DNA of 64,000 bases from Candidatus Latescibacterota bacterium (GCA_965205975.1 OZ242195.1:5312001-5376000), one strand, 5' to 3'. Numbered from the stretch's first letter, positions 40,506 to 50,209 are shown. The notes: generated by a model from the sequence alone, not told the origin. Made by a program: numbers and translations.

Positions 40506-40536
40506 GGGATATTCCTTTCGTGGGTTTTTCGTCTCG

Positions 40537-40568
40537 CTTCACACTTCACACTTCATCCTTCACACTTC
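40537..40568. repeat. Heptamer tandem repeat (CTTCACA)~4.5
   Basis: CTTCACA CTTCACA CTTCATC CTTCACA CTTC, intergenic. Confidence 0.7.
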
Positions 40569-41642
40569 TCAAACCAGATATGCGCCATCCCGGATGATTT
40601 GGCGTGTTTTCCCGGTTGCTGAAATCAACAGGAGTGACGCCACTTGAATCGGGCTGTCTTTGGCATAGACGATGTCTTCGTGAACAATATGTGCGGGGGA
40701 TTTGAATTGTTCTGGTCCAATTGTGCCGCCGAGATGTTCGCTGCGTCCATAAGCCCAGTGAAAGCCCGCTTTTTCATCTTCTAAGACATTGCCCCAAACA
40801 ACGGCTTTGGGATTGCATCCCAGGGCGAGTTCGGCGATGTTGCCGCGCGTCGGGTCTTCCTCGAAATAGGCTTTGAAGCTCGCGGCCTGTATTGTTTTGC
40901 CCGCGACATCTACTATCCGATTGTTTTCGACCCGAAATACGATGACGTCGCCGTTGTCACTGACGGGTATTTCGCCTTCCGTGCGACTCGGTTCGCCCTT
41001 TCTTTCTCCTTCATAGGGGACCTGGAAACTCTCTCCGCTCGGCAAGTTGATAATGGGAAATGCCGAGTTTGCTTTTTCTCGGGGCAGTTGCCCGTCGTCT
41101 TTGTGGGCTTCTCCGTAGCGCAGGTCAACGGTCCATTTGTGGCCGGTTGAAAAAATAACCCGTGCGTATTCTGCTTCGGAAAGTGCGTCCATTAATATCT
41201 GGCAGCGGCGCGCCACTTCGGTATAATCCGCAGAGAGCGCGGTTTCTTCCATGCGTCGGGCAACGCCTGGCAATGATGCGGCGCGAAAATCATTGTGTGA
41301 ACGCGCCCACATAGATAGGGGCGCGGTGGCGGAGAATTGCGTGAGTGCATTTACTATCGTTGCTTGCGTCAGGCCGTCGCGCAAGGGGATGGGGTCGCCT
41401 TTGTCGAGGGGCAAATTGCCATTGTGCGCGCCGGTCGCGGGAAAGGTGATGAGCGGCAATACGTCAAAGCCGATTTGTTCGCCGAGGGATATCCAGGCCG
41501 CACGCCATTCGGCGGCCATTTCTCTGCGCTCGCGCCAGGTCTCGCTATCGCGCAGTTCACCGTGCGGGACATCGGCAATGACGGCTACTGTTTCATCGAA
41601 TTCGGGATGAAATACATCTGTGAATAATTTGTGTAGGTCCAT
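40569..41642 (-). CDS. Aminopeptidase-like (M29/thermophilic metalloprotease-related) protein
   Basis: NLPSGE, NIAELALGCN, LEDEKAGFHWAYG, HEDIV. Confidence 0.65.
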   Translation of the reverse strand: MDLHKLFTDVFHPEFDETVAVIADVPHGELRDSETWRERREMAAEWRAAWISLGEQIGFDVLPLITFPATGAHNGNLPLDKGDPIPLRDGLTQATIVNALTQFSATAPLSMWARSHNDFRAASLPGVARRMEETALSADYTEVARRCQILMDALSEAEYARVIFSTGHKWTVDLRYGEAHKDDGQLPREKANSAFPIINLPSGESFQVPYEGERKGEPSRTEGEIPVSDNGDVIVFRVENNRIVDVAGKTIQAASFKAYFEEDPTRGNIAELALGCNPKAVVWGNVLEDEKAGFHWAYGRSEHLGGTIGPEQFKSPAHIVHEDIVYAKDSPIQVASLLLISATGKTRQIIRDGAYLV

Positions 41643-41643
41643 T

Positions 41644-42456
41644 TTACAAGTTGTCCAATACTGCGCGCAGTTGCCGCACGCCTTTTAGCATGAGTTCTGG
41701 GGATCCCCAGTGTTCGATGCTCACATTGCCCGTATAACCGTCTGATAGGACCATTTTGAGCAGGTCTTCGTATTTTATATCGCTGTCGCGAATGGGGTCC
41801 AGTTCTTTGTCGGGGTTGGGCTTGACGTGCAAGTGGGTGATCCGGTCTTTGATCTGTTCATAGCCATCGGGGATGGCTTGTTCGCCACATCCGATGCCGT
41901 TGTTCACATCCCAGCAGAAGCTGAATCCCGATGTGTCGCCCAGGGCGTCGGCAACCATTCTCGCTTCCGCGCAACTGCCGGCAATGGTCGCGCCTTCGTT
42001 TTCCATTGATAGGGTGACGCCTTCGCGTTCGGCTGTTTTGGCTATGGGTTCGAGAAATGGCACGATGACGTCGAGATAATTCTCAACGCCGGGCCGGTTT
42101 TCCCGGTCTCCTTTTCGCCGATTGGGGTTCCACAGGGAAAATCCGCGGATGACGGTTGTATCAAATGCTTTTGCGAGTTCGATCATGCGGTCAAACATGC
42201 GCTGGTGTTCGGCTTTTTCTCGGTCGCTGTCGTGCGCGCATTTGCCCACGGGCGAGCCGACGGACATGACGGTTACATTGTACTTTGCGAGTACGTCCTG
42301 TACGCGCTGCAATTCGTCGTTGTCGATTTCCTGGACGCGTTTGCCCCAGATGCCGCCGCGCAGTTCAATTCCCGTTGCGCCCGCTTCTACGCCCAGGCGC
42401 ACAGATTTATCAAAATCGGCTTTGTCGATTTCATCTGCAAAATAGCACAGTTCCAT
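41644..42456 (-). CDS. Sugar phosphate isomerase/epimerase (TIM barrel)
   Basis: FADEI, GIELR, SPVGK, MENE, WDVNN, HLHVK, SIEH. Confidence 0.85.
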   Translation of the reverse strand: MELCYFADEIDKADFDKSVRLGVEAGATGIELRGGIWGKRVQEIDNDELQRVQDVLAKYNVTVMSVGSPVGKCAHDSDREKAEHQRMFDRMIELAKAFDTTVIRGFSLWNPNRRKGDRENRPGVENYLDVIVPFLEPIAKTAEREGVTLSMENEGATIAGSCAEARMVADALGDTSGFSFCWDVNNGIGCGEQAIPDGYEQIKDRITHLHVKPNPDKELDPIRDSDIKYEDLLKMVLSDGYTGNVSIEHWGSPELMLKGVRQLRAVLDNL

Positions 42457-42553
42457 CCCTTCCTCCTGTGAGTGGTTAAAATGATGTGTGACATATCATA
42501 TAACATCTTTTCGCGCAGTCAAAGAAAAACGCGACCCACGCGAGTTTATTAAT

Positions 42554-42749
42554 ATTACACAGGTCTGGTGTTTTTGTCATGCTGAGCGGAGTGAAACGGA
42601 GCCGAAGCATCTGTTCCACCTGAGTTGGTAGAAGATGAACTGCTGTCGCAGTTGTACCCCGCTCCTTCGACTCCGCTGCGCGGAGTTTATCTTGAGCGAA
42701 GCCGAAAGGCTCAGAATGACAGGCGCCCGATATTGTACCTATGTGTAAC
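42554..42749 (+). repeat. REP-like nested inverted-repeat element
   Basis: TGTCATGCTGAGC (42575-42587) pairs with GCTCAGAATGACA (42709-42721); internal GAGC..GAAG / CTTCGACTCCGCT units; outer TTACACAGGT / ACCTATGTGTAA. Confidence 0.65.
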
Positions 42750-42795
42750 GTCAGTTTTTAATTTTTAATTTTCGATTTTTAATTATCATGAGCGT

Positions 42796-43116
42796 ATGAA
42801 CGAACAGACGCGAAAAAAAATTCTGCAATCCACAACACACCCAAAGGGGATTCGCAAGGTGGATAGAAAACGCCTGATAGCGCAGTTGGCTCGCGCTGAT
42901 CCGCCGCCCGATTACGATCGGTATATACGATCCAAGTCATGGCAGATTAAGAGGCAGAAGTTTCTCGCCCATTACAATTGCCAGTGCGTTTTATGCGGGA
43001 GCAAAGAGTATTTGCATGTGCATCACTTGCACTACAAGACGCTGGGGAAAGAGGGTGTGGAGGATGTGATTATTTGCTGTAGGCGTTGTCATTTTATAGA
43101 GCACTTAAAAAAGTAG
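42796..43116 (+). CDS. Small HNH endonuclease with CxxC...CxxCH zinc motifs
   Basis: YIRSKSWQIKR, CVLCG, LHVHHLHY, CCRRCH. Confidence 0.8.
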   Translation: MNEQTRKKILQSTTHPKGIRKVDRKRLIAQLARADPPPDYDRYIRSKSWQIKRQKFLAHYNCQCVLCGSKEYLHVHHLHYKTLGKEGVEDVIICCRRCHFIEHLKK

Positions 43117-43225
43117 TCAGCAGTCAGCGATCAGCCCACCCAACACCGCCCAAAGGCAGATGCTTTCCATCAGTGTTTATCGGTGTTCATCGGTGGTTGC
43201 ATTTCATGCTTTTCTGGAGATTTTC

Positions 43226-44506
43226 ATGCCGAATATTATCATTATCACCACGCACGATACAGGGCGGCATTTTGGGTGTTATGGTGTCGATACGGTACAT
43301 ACACCTGCGATTGACGCGATTGCCGATGATGGGTTTAAATTTACCAATTATTTTACGACGAGTCCGGTGTGTAGCCCCAGCCGGGGGGCTATGCTTACGG
43401 GGCGCTATCCGCAGAGCAATGGGTTGATTGGTCTGACGCATTCGCCGTGGGATTGGTGTTTTAATGAGGGCGAGCGACATCTTTCGCATATTTTGAGCGA
43501 TGCGGGTTATCATACGGCTCTTTTCGGTTTGCAGCACGAGGCGTCCAATACTGAGGATTTGGGTTTTGAAGCGACTTTTGCACAGCGCGATGAAAATGGC
43601 CGCCGTGCAAACGCGCTTGTGGTTGCCCAGGCTCTGGCCGATTTTCTCAGGGCTGACGCGGGTTCCAGGACGCCGTTCTACGCGCAAGTCGGTTTTTTTG
43701 AGACGCATCGTCCGCACGATTTTGGCGATGTGGGGCCTGATGATAGTAAGGGTATTGATGTGCCGCCTTATCTAATTGATGACGAGACGGCGCGGCGGGA
43801 ACTCGCTTTGCAACAAGGTGCGATCCGCCGCGTTGATGAGGCTGTTCAGGTTATCACCGATGCATTGAGAGAATGTGGGTTGGAAGACGATACGCTGCTG
43901 GTGTTTACGGTTGATCACGGTATTGAATTTCCCAGGGCCAAGTGGTTTTGTTATGACGCGGGTATTGGCGTTGCATTGCTTATGCGTTGGCCCGGTGGAG
44001 GTGTTCGGGGGGGACAGTGCTGTGGCCATCTGCTCAGCAATGTCGATTTTTTGCCCACGCTTATGGATCTCATACAGCATCCCGTTCCGGATAATGTGGA
44101 GGGTTTGAGTTTTGCCAGTGTGTTCAAAGATCCCGAGGCGGAACCCACGCGGGATGCGGCTTTTTCGATCTTTCAGGGTAGCGATAGTCGGAGTGTTCGC
44201 ACCAATCGCTATAAGTTTATTCGCAATTTCAGTCCGCGGCGTCTGATAGATGTGCCCGTGGATATGACCGATCCCCCAAGACCGCGCATCAAACAACCCG
44301 TGGCGCAACTCTACGATTTGGAAAAGGATCCCGATGAATTTGAGGATGTAGCCGATAAACCCGAATACAGGGATGTTTATAATGCGTTGAGCCAACGCCT
44401 TTGGCAATGGATGGAAGATGTGAATGATCCGTCGCTCCAGAGTCCGATTCCCACGCCGTATTATTGGGAGGCGATGGCAGAATATCACCAGAGAAAGGAA
44501 ACCTGA
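43226..44506 (+). CDS. Sulfatase
   Basis: PNIIIITTHDTG, CSPSRGAMLTGRYP, FTVDHG, LYDLEKDPDE. Confidence 0.92.
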   Translation: MPNIIIITTHDTGRHFGCYGVDTVHTPAIDAIADDGFKFTNYFTTSPVCSPSRGAMLTGRYPQSNGLIGLTHSPWDWCFNEGERHLSHILSDAGYHTALFGLQHEASNTEDLGFEATFAQRDENGRRANALVVAQALADFLRADAGSRTPFYAQVGFFETHRPHDFGDVGPDDSKGIDVPPYLIDDETARRELALQQGAIRRVDEAVQVITDALRECGLEDDTLLVFTVDHGIEFPRAKWFCYDAGIGVALLMRWPGGGVRGGQCCGHLLSNVDFLPTLMDLIQHPVPDNVEGLSFASVFKDPEAEPTRDAAFSIFQGSDSRSVRTNRYKFIRNFSPRRLIDVPVDMTDPPRPRIKQPVAQLYDLEKDPDEFEDVADKPEYRDVYNALSQRLWQWMEDVNDPSLQSPIPTPYYWEAMAEYHQRKET

Positions 44507-45708
44507 TGTCCAGAGGAAAAATTGTAAATCTCGCGCTTGTCGGCTGTGGCGGTATTGCCGGCGGGCATCTTCGGCGGTATGGAGAGCTTATTGACAGTGG
44601 CGAAGACCGTTTTCGCATTGTGGCTACGGTTGATAGCGATATCAGTCGGGCACAGGCATTTGCCGATCAGATCAATGGCAAGACTGGATGGGAGGTCAAT
44701 AGTTATCCCTCGGTTGAGGATCTGCTCAATTCAGAGTCCAATCTCGATGGGGCCGATATATGCAGTCCTCACGGTTTGCATCATGTGCTTGCTTGCGAGT
44801 TGCTCGAAGGTGGTGTGAATATTTTGTGTGAGAAGCCCATTGGCATAACGGTTAAAGCCACGCAAAAAATTATTGATACAGCCAAACGCTGCAATAAGGT
44901 CGCCGCGAATGCCGAACAGTGTCGCCGCAGTGTTGGACAGCGCACGATTCACTGGGCGTTTAACGGTGGGCCGCTCGGCGAACCCAGATTGTGGTACGCC
45001 ATCAGGTCGGGGTGGCAGGATCCCGCGAATTATCCCGATTGGCACTGGCGCGTGGATCGCAAACTCGGCGGTTGCGGAATGGTTATGGATAGTGGCGCAC
45101 ATTGGGTTGATACTATGCGCTACTGGTTTGGGGAAGTGGAGAGTGTTTATGCGCGTGTGGAGCAAATGGAACAGCGTCCCCACAAAAAAGGCGATGATCT
45201 GGTCGATGACAGTCGCGAGGATTTTTGGACCAGTATTTTCAATTTTGAAAGTGGTGTGATCGGCACGTGGTCGTGGACGGTTAGCGCGCCGGGGAAGGGT
45301 TTTACACAACTCAATCTCACCGGGAGCAAGGGTACGATTGTCGAGAGCGATATTTTTCATCCGGCAGCGTCTCAGGCGCGCGGTGAATGCCATTTTATAG
45401 ATGGTACGACTTATGGCGTGTCCCAGCTTCAAGATATGTTTCTGGATTCACTGAGCCAGCGCGAAAAGGAGCGCCTCTTTCCCTATGGGCTGACGGATGG
45501 CATGGCGATTGAGTTGTGGGATTTTATCGATGCTCTGAGTGTTGGGCGCGATGTGGAAATTGATGCCGAAGAGGGGCTTAAGAGCAAGGCCGTGAGCGAG
45601 GCGATTTACGAGTCGGGCAAAAGCGGACAGGTCGTCCAGGTGAGCGATGTGGTATCCGGGAAGGTCAGCGCGTATCAGGAGGATATTGATCAGATGTGGG
45701 GGTTGTGA
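44506..45708 (+). CDS. Gfo/Idh/MocA family oxidoreductase
   Basis: VGCGGIA, ILCEKP, DSGAHWVD. Confidence 0.88.
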   Translation: MSRGKIVNLALVGCGGIAGGHLRRYGELIDSGEDRFRIVATVDSDISRAQAFADQINGKTGWEVNSYPSVEDLLNSESNLDGADICSPHGLHHVLACELLEGGVNILCEKPIGITVKATQKIIDTAKRCNKVAANAEQCRRSVGQRTIHWAFNGGPLGEPRLWYAIRSGWQDPANYPDWHWRVDRKLGGCGMVMDSGAHWVDTMRYWFGEVESVYARVEQMEQRPHKKGDDLVDDSREDFWTSIFNFESGVIGTWSWTVSAPGKGFTQLNLTGSKGTIVESDIFHPAASQARGECHFIDGTTYGVSQLQDMFLDSLSQREKERLFPYGLTDGMAIELWDFIDALSVGRDVEIDAEEGLKSKAVSEAIYESGKSGQVVQVSDVVSGKVSAYQEDIDQMWGL

Positions 45709-45724
45709 TAGGTGGGATGACTGC

Positions 45725-45772
45725 TAAAAAAATAGGCCGCGGTCTCAAGGGATCGCGGCCCGATTTTTTTTC
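45725..45772. terminator. Bidirectional terminator between convergent genes
   Basis: A-run, GGCCGCGGTC...GATCGCGGCC stem, T-run. Confidence 0.65.
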
Positions 45773-46163
45773 ACGCCTTTCCCGGACGGCCTATTTCGAT
45801 GAGGTTGCCGTCCGGGTCGTGTACGAAAACATAGCGCGTGCCGTCGTGTGGCCGCACGCCGGGGCCAGAGGCAACGCGCACGCGTTCGCGGTCGAGCGAG
45901 GTGATGACGCGATCGAAGTCGGCGACTTCAAAGGCGATGTGGCGGCGCGAGGGACGGGGGTATTCCTCGGCGAGGATCAGGTGGATTTCGATGTCGCCAC
46001 AGCGATACCAGGCACCAGCAAAGTCGTAATCTGGCCGGGGAATGGGTTGCAGCCCCAGGAGCTTTTCGTAAAATGCCGATGCGCGCTCGAGGTTACCTGT
46101 AACCAATGTGATGTGACTGACGCGCGTGATGCCCAGGCCAGCCGATTCCATGCGATTGGCCAC
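45771..46163 (-). CDS. VOC/glyoxalase family protein
   Basis: HITLVT...FYEKLLGL, HIAFEV, FVHDPDGNLIEI. Confidence 0.88.
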   Translation of the reverse strand: MANRMESAGLGITRVSHITLVTGNLERASAFYEKLLGLQPIPRPDYDFAGAWYRCGDIEIHLILAEEYPRPSRRHIAFEVADFDRVITSLDRERVRVASGPGVRPHDGTRYVFVHDPDGNLIEIGRPGKA

Positions 46164-46167
46164 CGGA

Positions 46168-47049
46168 TCAATTCTCCATCAATAAGGTTCTCATTTTACG
46201 CATGCGCGAGGGATGTTTGAGTGCTGCCAGGGCTTTGTCGCGTATTTGGCGCACGCGCTCTTTGGTCAGGTTGAGGATGTTGCCAATTTGCTCCAGCGTC
46301 ATTGTTTCACCGCTGTTAATGCCAAAATAGAGGCGCAACACGCGGGCATCGCGCGGTGCCAATGTGTTGAGCGCAGTGCGTATTTCCTCTGCCATAGAGC
46401 TTTCGAGCATGGCCTCTTCGGGGCTTTCTTGATCTTTGTCTGACAACATTTCCAGCAGGCTGGTGTCAGGGCCGTCTTCAAGGGGCATGTCGTATGAAAT
46501 ATGCCACCGCGAAGCGCTGAGGAGGTCTTGCACTTGTTTGGGTTGCAATTCGGCCTGTGCAGCGATTTCTTCAACACGCGGTTCGCGCCCCAGGGATTGT
46601 TTGAGTTCCGAGGATATGCGTTCCAATTTGCTCAGGTGTTTGATTTTGTTGACGGGCAGTCGTACCATGCGGGCTTTTTCTGCCAATGCGGATAAGATGC
46701 CCTGCCGAATCCACCAGACTGCATACGTGGTGAATTTGACGCCAACGGTTTCGTCATAGCGGGTGGCTGCGCGAACAAGACCCATGTTGCCTTCGGCAAT
46801 GAGGTCTTCCAGGAGCAAGCCTCGCCCCTGATATTCTTTGGCTATGGTAATGACAAATCGCAAATTGGATTCGATCATTTTATTGAGGCTTCTGCGATCC
46901 CCTGCGCGGATGCGCTTGGCCAGATCAATTTCTTCTTGTGGCGTGAGCAATTCGCTATAGGCGATGTCTTTGAAATAGAGTTCCAGTGCAGAACTACTGC
47001 CTCCATTTGTTCTGGTTGAGGTGCTGGAACTCATGAGTGCGGCAGACAT
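46168..47049 (-). CDS. RNA polymerase sigma-70 factor, RpoD/SigA-like (regions 1.2-4, no region 1.1)
   Basis: SNLRFVITIAKEYQGRG, KFTTYAVWWIRQ, TLEQIG...LTKERVRQI. Confidence 0.92.
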   Translation of the reverse strand: MSAALMSSSTSTRTNGGSSSALELYFKDIAYSELLTPQEEIDLAKRIRAGDRRSLNKMIESNLRFVITIAKEYQGRGLLLEDLIAEGNMGLVRAATRYDETVGVKFTTYAVWWIRQGILSALAEKARMVRLPVNKIKHLSKLERISSELKQSLGREPRVEEIAAQAELQPKQVQDLLSASRWHISYDMPLEDGPDTSLLEMLSDKDQESPEEAMLESSMAEEIRTALNTLAPRDARVLRLYFGINSGETMTLEQIGNILNLTKERVRQIRDKALAALKHPSRMRKMRTLLMEN

Positions 47050-47367
47050 GTATTTCCCCCGTGACTGAGAAAACGACTCTCTTGATCGAGTGTCTTGTGT
47101 TTCAACTCGTCAAAGGTTCACAATAAGGGAAGCATATACTGTGATACCTTCCGACTCCTGTATGGGAGAGAATCGGTTGTTGTCAGAATATATGGCGCAT
47201 CGATCATGGGGAAACCAATGGCCTGATTATGTGACAACCTGGTTTAGGGGAGTGTTACTTTGGGGAGTTGATCTGGATGGGAAAACGATCACGAGCCGCA
47301 GGGGAGCGGTGTGCTCGACCAAATCATAGTGTGTGTGGCAAGTATTGGGGAAAAAATAATACTTGGG
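47050..47367 (-). ncRNA. Putative structured 5' leader/ncRNA with repeated UCCC-loop hairpins
   Basis: At least six hairpins with TCCC in the loop; G-U pairs favour the minus strand; see findings. Confidence 0.5.
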
Positions 47368-47372
47368 CAGAC

Positions 47373-47401
47373 AAGATAGCGGATTCAATTCTGTAATGCA
47401 A
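47373..47401 (-). promoter_or_regulatory. Predicted sigma-70 promoter for the leader and sigma gene
   Basis: TTGCAT-17 nt-TATCTT. Confidence 0.5.
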
Positions 47402-47544
47402 CCCTTTTTCTATGCTCTTCTCCTGATATTTTGAAACTCAAGGCCGTATTTTTAGATGAAATACTTATTGGCATATTGAGAGAAAATAATAAATAGAGTT
47501 TTATTTGTCAATAAATAACTCTTGTTTAACAAGTTACAGGCTTG

Positions 47545-48063
47545 CTACTGGCCCTCGGCAGTATCGGTGCCATTGAGCGGGCGCTGGGCGAGGTCGCGGT
47601 CGAGTAAGAATAAGCCGTTGCCCTCTATGCCGACCAGCTTGATCGTGTCGATCAATTCCCTGACAACGGCTTCTTCTTCGACTTGTTCGGCAATAAACCA
47701 CTGGAGAAAGGTATGGGTGGCGTGGTCGCGTTCGGACAGGGCGAGATCGGCGATGTTGTAGATACTTTGAGAGACTTTTTGCTCCTGGGCAAGGCTGTCT
47801 TCAAATACTTCCAGAGGGCTGTCCCAACTTTGTTTGGGGGTATCAATGGTGCTAAAGCGTATATCGGCTTCGCGGTCGTCGAGGAAGTCGTATATTTTCA
47901 TGCCATGGGTGAGTTCTTCCTGGGCCTGAACGCGCATCCAATGGGCAAAGCCATTGAGATTTTGCGTGAGAAAATACGCGGACATTGCCAGATAACTATA
48001 CGCCGAGTAGTATTCCATATTGAGTTGCTCATTGAGCGCGGCGTTTATGTTTGTGTTAATCAT
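47545..48063 (-). CDS. Non-heme ferritin
   Basis: LNEQLNMEYYSAYSY, QAQEELTH, FLQWFIAEQVEEE, LFLLDR. Confidence 0.93.
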   Translation of the reverse strand: MINTNINAALNEQLNMEYYSAYSYLAMSAYFLTQNLNGFAHWMRVQAQEELTHGMKIYDFLDDREADIRFSTIDTPKQSWDSPLEVFEDSLAQEQKVSQSIYNIADLALSERDHATHTFLQWFIAEQVEEEAVVRELIDTIKLVGIEGNGLFLLDRDLAQRPLNGTDTAEGQ

Positions 48064-48337
48064 GATGTCCTCCTGTTGCGAGAGGGAGAAAAAAGCTGTA
48101 TCCAAAAGGGAAGGGTAAGTATAAGAAAAATATAGGTTTTGTCAACCTATTAAAATAAGTAATTGATTATACTTTTGTTAGAGCAATAAACCCCCAATGG
48201 TATAGCGAATTTTTCTATTGATTCTTTTTGCGAAATTGCGTAAAACTTTATAGTATTACGCTTCGTTTCCAAACGCGGAGCATTTGACTACCCCAGTGTG
48301 GCCCATAAGCCACCCGACAGGAGGTTTGTTTTTTCTT

Positions 48338-48817
48338 ATGATTCCCAATAAGGTCCTCATGGCCTTGAACGAACAGCTCAATTTTGAGTTCCATTCGGCA
48401 TTTCACTATCTCGCCATGGAGACGTATTTTCACGGGGTAAATCTGCACGGGTTTGCCCATTATATGCGCGAGCAATACAAAGAAGAACGTCAGCACGCGC
48501 TCAAGATTGTGGATTATATCAATGCGCGGAACTGTCGGGTCCTGCTCAAGCAGATCGCCGAACCCCCTTCTGAATGGGCATCACCTCTGGAGGTTTTTGA
48601 AGATGCGCATCGGCAAGAGCAGAAATCCAGTGGGATGATTAATGATCTGGTTGATCTCTCACTGAATGAGCGCGATCATGCAACGGAGATTTTCTTGAAG
48701 TGGTTTATCGAGAAACAGGTAGAAGAGGAGGCGCAAATCAGCAGTATTGTGCAAAAGTTGAAGCTGGTAGGCGATGACGCTTATGGTCTGTTTTTATTGG
48801 ATCGAGATATGGGATGA
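48338..48817 (+). CDS. Non-heme ferritin (second, divergently transcribed)
   Basis: LNEQLNFEFHSAFHY, KEERQH, FLKWFIEKQVEEE, LFLLDR. Confidence 0.9.
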   Translation: MIPNKVLMALNEQLNFEFHSAFHYLAMETYFHGVNLHGFAHYMREQYKEERQHALKIVDYINARNCRVLLKQIAEPPSEWASPLEVFEDAHRQEQKSSGMINDLVDLSLNERDHATEIFLKWFIEKQVEEEAQISSIVQKLKLVGDDAYGLFLLDRDMG

Positions 48818-48838
48818 GAGATAAAGCGATGTACACAG

Positions 48839-48871
48839 AAAGTGCCCTCAGCATCTGAGGGCACTTTTTTT
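48839..48871. terminator. Bidirectional terminator
   Basis: AAAGTGCCCTCAG-CAT-CTGAGGGCACTTTTTTT perfect stem between convergent genes. Confidence 0.8.
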
Positions 48872-49625
48872 ATATGCGACGGCGCTTTCGAGTGCGCCAC
48901 CAGATGACCAGGCCAGAGATGGACAGGCCGATCAGGCCCCAGGCGGCGATGTCGTAGAGATAGACAAACCAGTCGGCGAAGAAATAACCGGTGTGAATCT
49001 GGTGTATGATCGTGTAGAGATCGCGTCCGGGTTCTGCGGATTGGGCGATAGAGACCCAGGTTTTTCCGCCGTTGGAACTGGTGAGCAGGCCGCCTGAGGT
49101 CCACAGGTTCAAATTTTGGGTGGAGCCAATACCAATGCGCTGGAGGCGAATGCCTTCGGCAAGAGGCATAAATCCGAGGCCGACTTGCTCCCATACGATG
49201 CCGCCGTCGGTTGAGCGAATGAGACCAAGGTCTTCGAGGACGACGTAAATGTGGTCGGGATTGTCGGGTGCGTAGGCGATGTCAACGGCGCGTTCTGCAG
49301 CGAAGAGCATTGGGACCTCGGTCCAGGTTTTGCCGCCGTTTTCAGAGGAATAAAGAGCCGAGCGCGTGCCGCGATAGAGGTGTTGGGGATCGCGGGGGTC
49401 AACCGCAAAGGAGAGGGTGCGTTCAGAGGGCGCGCCGAGCAGGCCGGGGTGATTGAGCAAAAAGCCCGAGACGGCGAGGAGTGATAAAAATGTGAGTGCG
49501 CCGATGCCGACATAGCGATGGAGTTTGCGGAAAAATTCGGCGCGTTTTTTGCGCGTTTTGGGCTGTTTTTTGTGAAGCGGGATGGTTTTGCTCCGGCGTG
49601 TGGAGGCTTCAGGTGTAGCACTCAT
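48870..49625 (-). CDS. PepSY-associated TM protein with Asp-box (BNR) periplasmic region
   Basis: RKLHRYVG, SGFLLNH, three SxxGGxTW boxes, IHQIHTG, SGLVIWW. Confidence 0.78.
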   Translation of the reverse strand: MSATPEASTRRSKTIPLHKKQPKTRKKRAEFFRKLHRYVGIGALTFLSLLAVSGFLLNHPGLLGAPSERTLSFAVDPRDPQHLYRGTRSALYSSENGGKTWTEVPMLFAAERAVDIAYAPDNPDHIYVVLEDLGLIRSTDGGIVWEQVGLGFMPLAEGIRLQRIGIGSTQNLNLWTSGGLLTSSNGGKTWVSIAQSAEPGRDLYTIIHQIHTGYFFADWFVYLYDIAAWGLIGLSISGLVIWWRTRKRRRI

Positions 49626-50209
49626 TGGGATTCTTTTTCCGAGTAAATGACATCGAGGACTGTGAGAACTCTCTTCACGCCCGCATTTAAGGCGCGTACC
49701 GATAGGGTTGCGCCACTGATGCCGATAATGTCGCGGTTGAGACGAATGTGATGATCGATGTTTTTGTTTTTGTATTGGGTCAAGAATCGCTGGCGTTTGA
49801 CCTGACCGCCTCGCGATTCTCGATAGACCATGATCCATACACCGCCAACGCGGTGGTCGGGTTTGACTTTGACGATGAAGGTGATGGGTTTATAGAGGCC
49901 AATTTGATTTGTGATGATCGCATATCCCTGATGTCGGTCATTTTTTTTTGCCTGAAAAATCGTGAAATCGGGTTCTTCGAGGCGCCATCCCAACCGCCGT
50001 TCAATGCGCTGGCGTTCTTGTGGGGTTGGGGTCCAGACTTCGCTCCAGAGCGTGTCTGCATCTGGGAAGGCTTTTTTTAGAGCCTGTTCTTCTGTGAGGT
50101 AAACAGTGATAGCCTCTGGGCCATCGGGACCCTGTGCGAATCCAAGTCCCGACAGGAGGCAGACCATGATGCAGAACACGTACTTATTTTTTCTCACTGT
50201 TTTCTCCAA
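49622..50209 (-). CDS. FMN-binding domain protein
   Basis: Signal peptide, YRESRGG, flavinylation motif ISGATLS. Confidence 0.8.
   Translation of the reverse strand: MEKTVRKNKYVFCIMVCLLSGLGFAQGPDGPEAITVYLTEEQALKKAFPDADTLWSEVWTPTPQERQRIERRLGWRLEEPDFTIFQAKKNDRHQGYAIITNQIGLYKPITFIVKVKPDHRVGGVWIMVYRESRGGQVKRQRFLTQYKNKNIDHHIRLNRDIIGISGATLSVRALNAGVKRVLTVLDVIYSEKESQ

Noticed and set aside
42796..43116. IscB/HEARO or Cas9-like RNA-guided nuclease
   Set aside because: Only 106 aa, with no RuvC or PLMP motifs and no array.
47110..47365. CsrB/RsmZ-like GGA sponge on the + strand
   Set aside because: Most motifs are TGGGA/GGGGA rather than ANGGA, and the G-U pairs and promoter favour the minus strand. 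Not fully excluded.
47420..48250. Fur or DtxR boxes around the ferritins
   Set aside because: The intergenic DNA is AT-rich, but I could not identify a convincing match to either consensus.
48285..48310. IRE-like CAGTGT loop in the ferritin leader
   Set aside because: Only two base pairs flank the hexamer; the five-pair upper stem and C bulge are absent.
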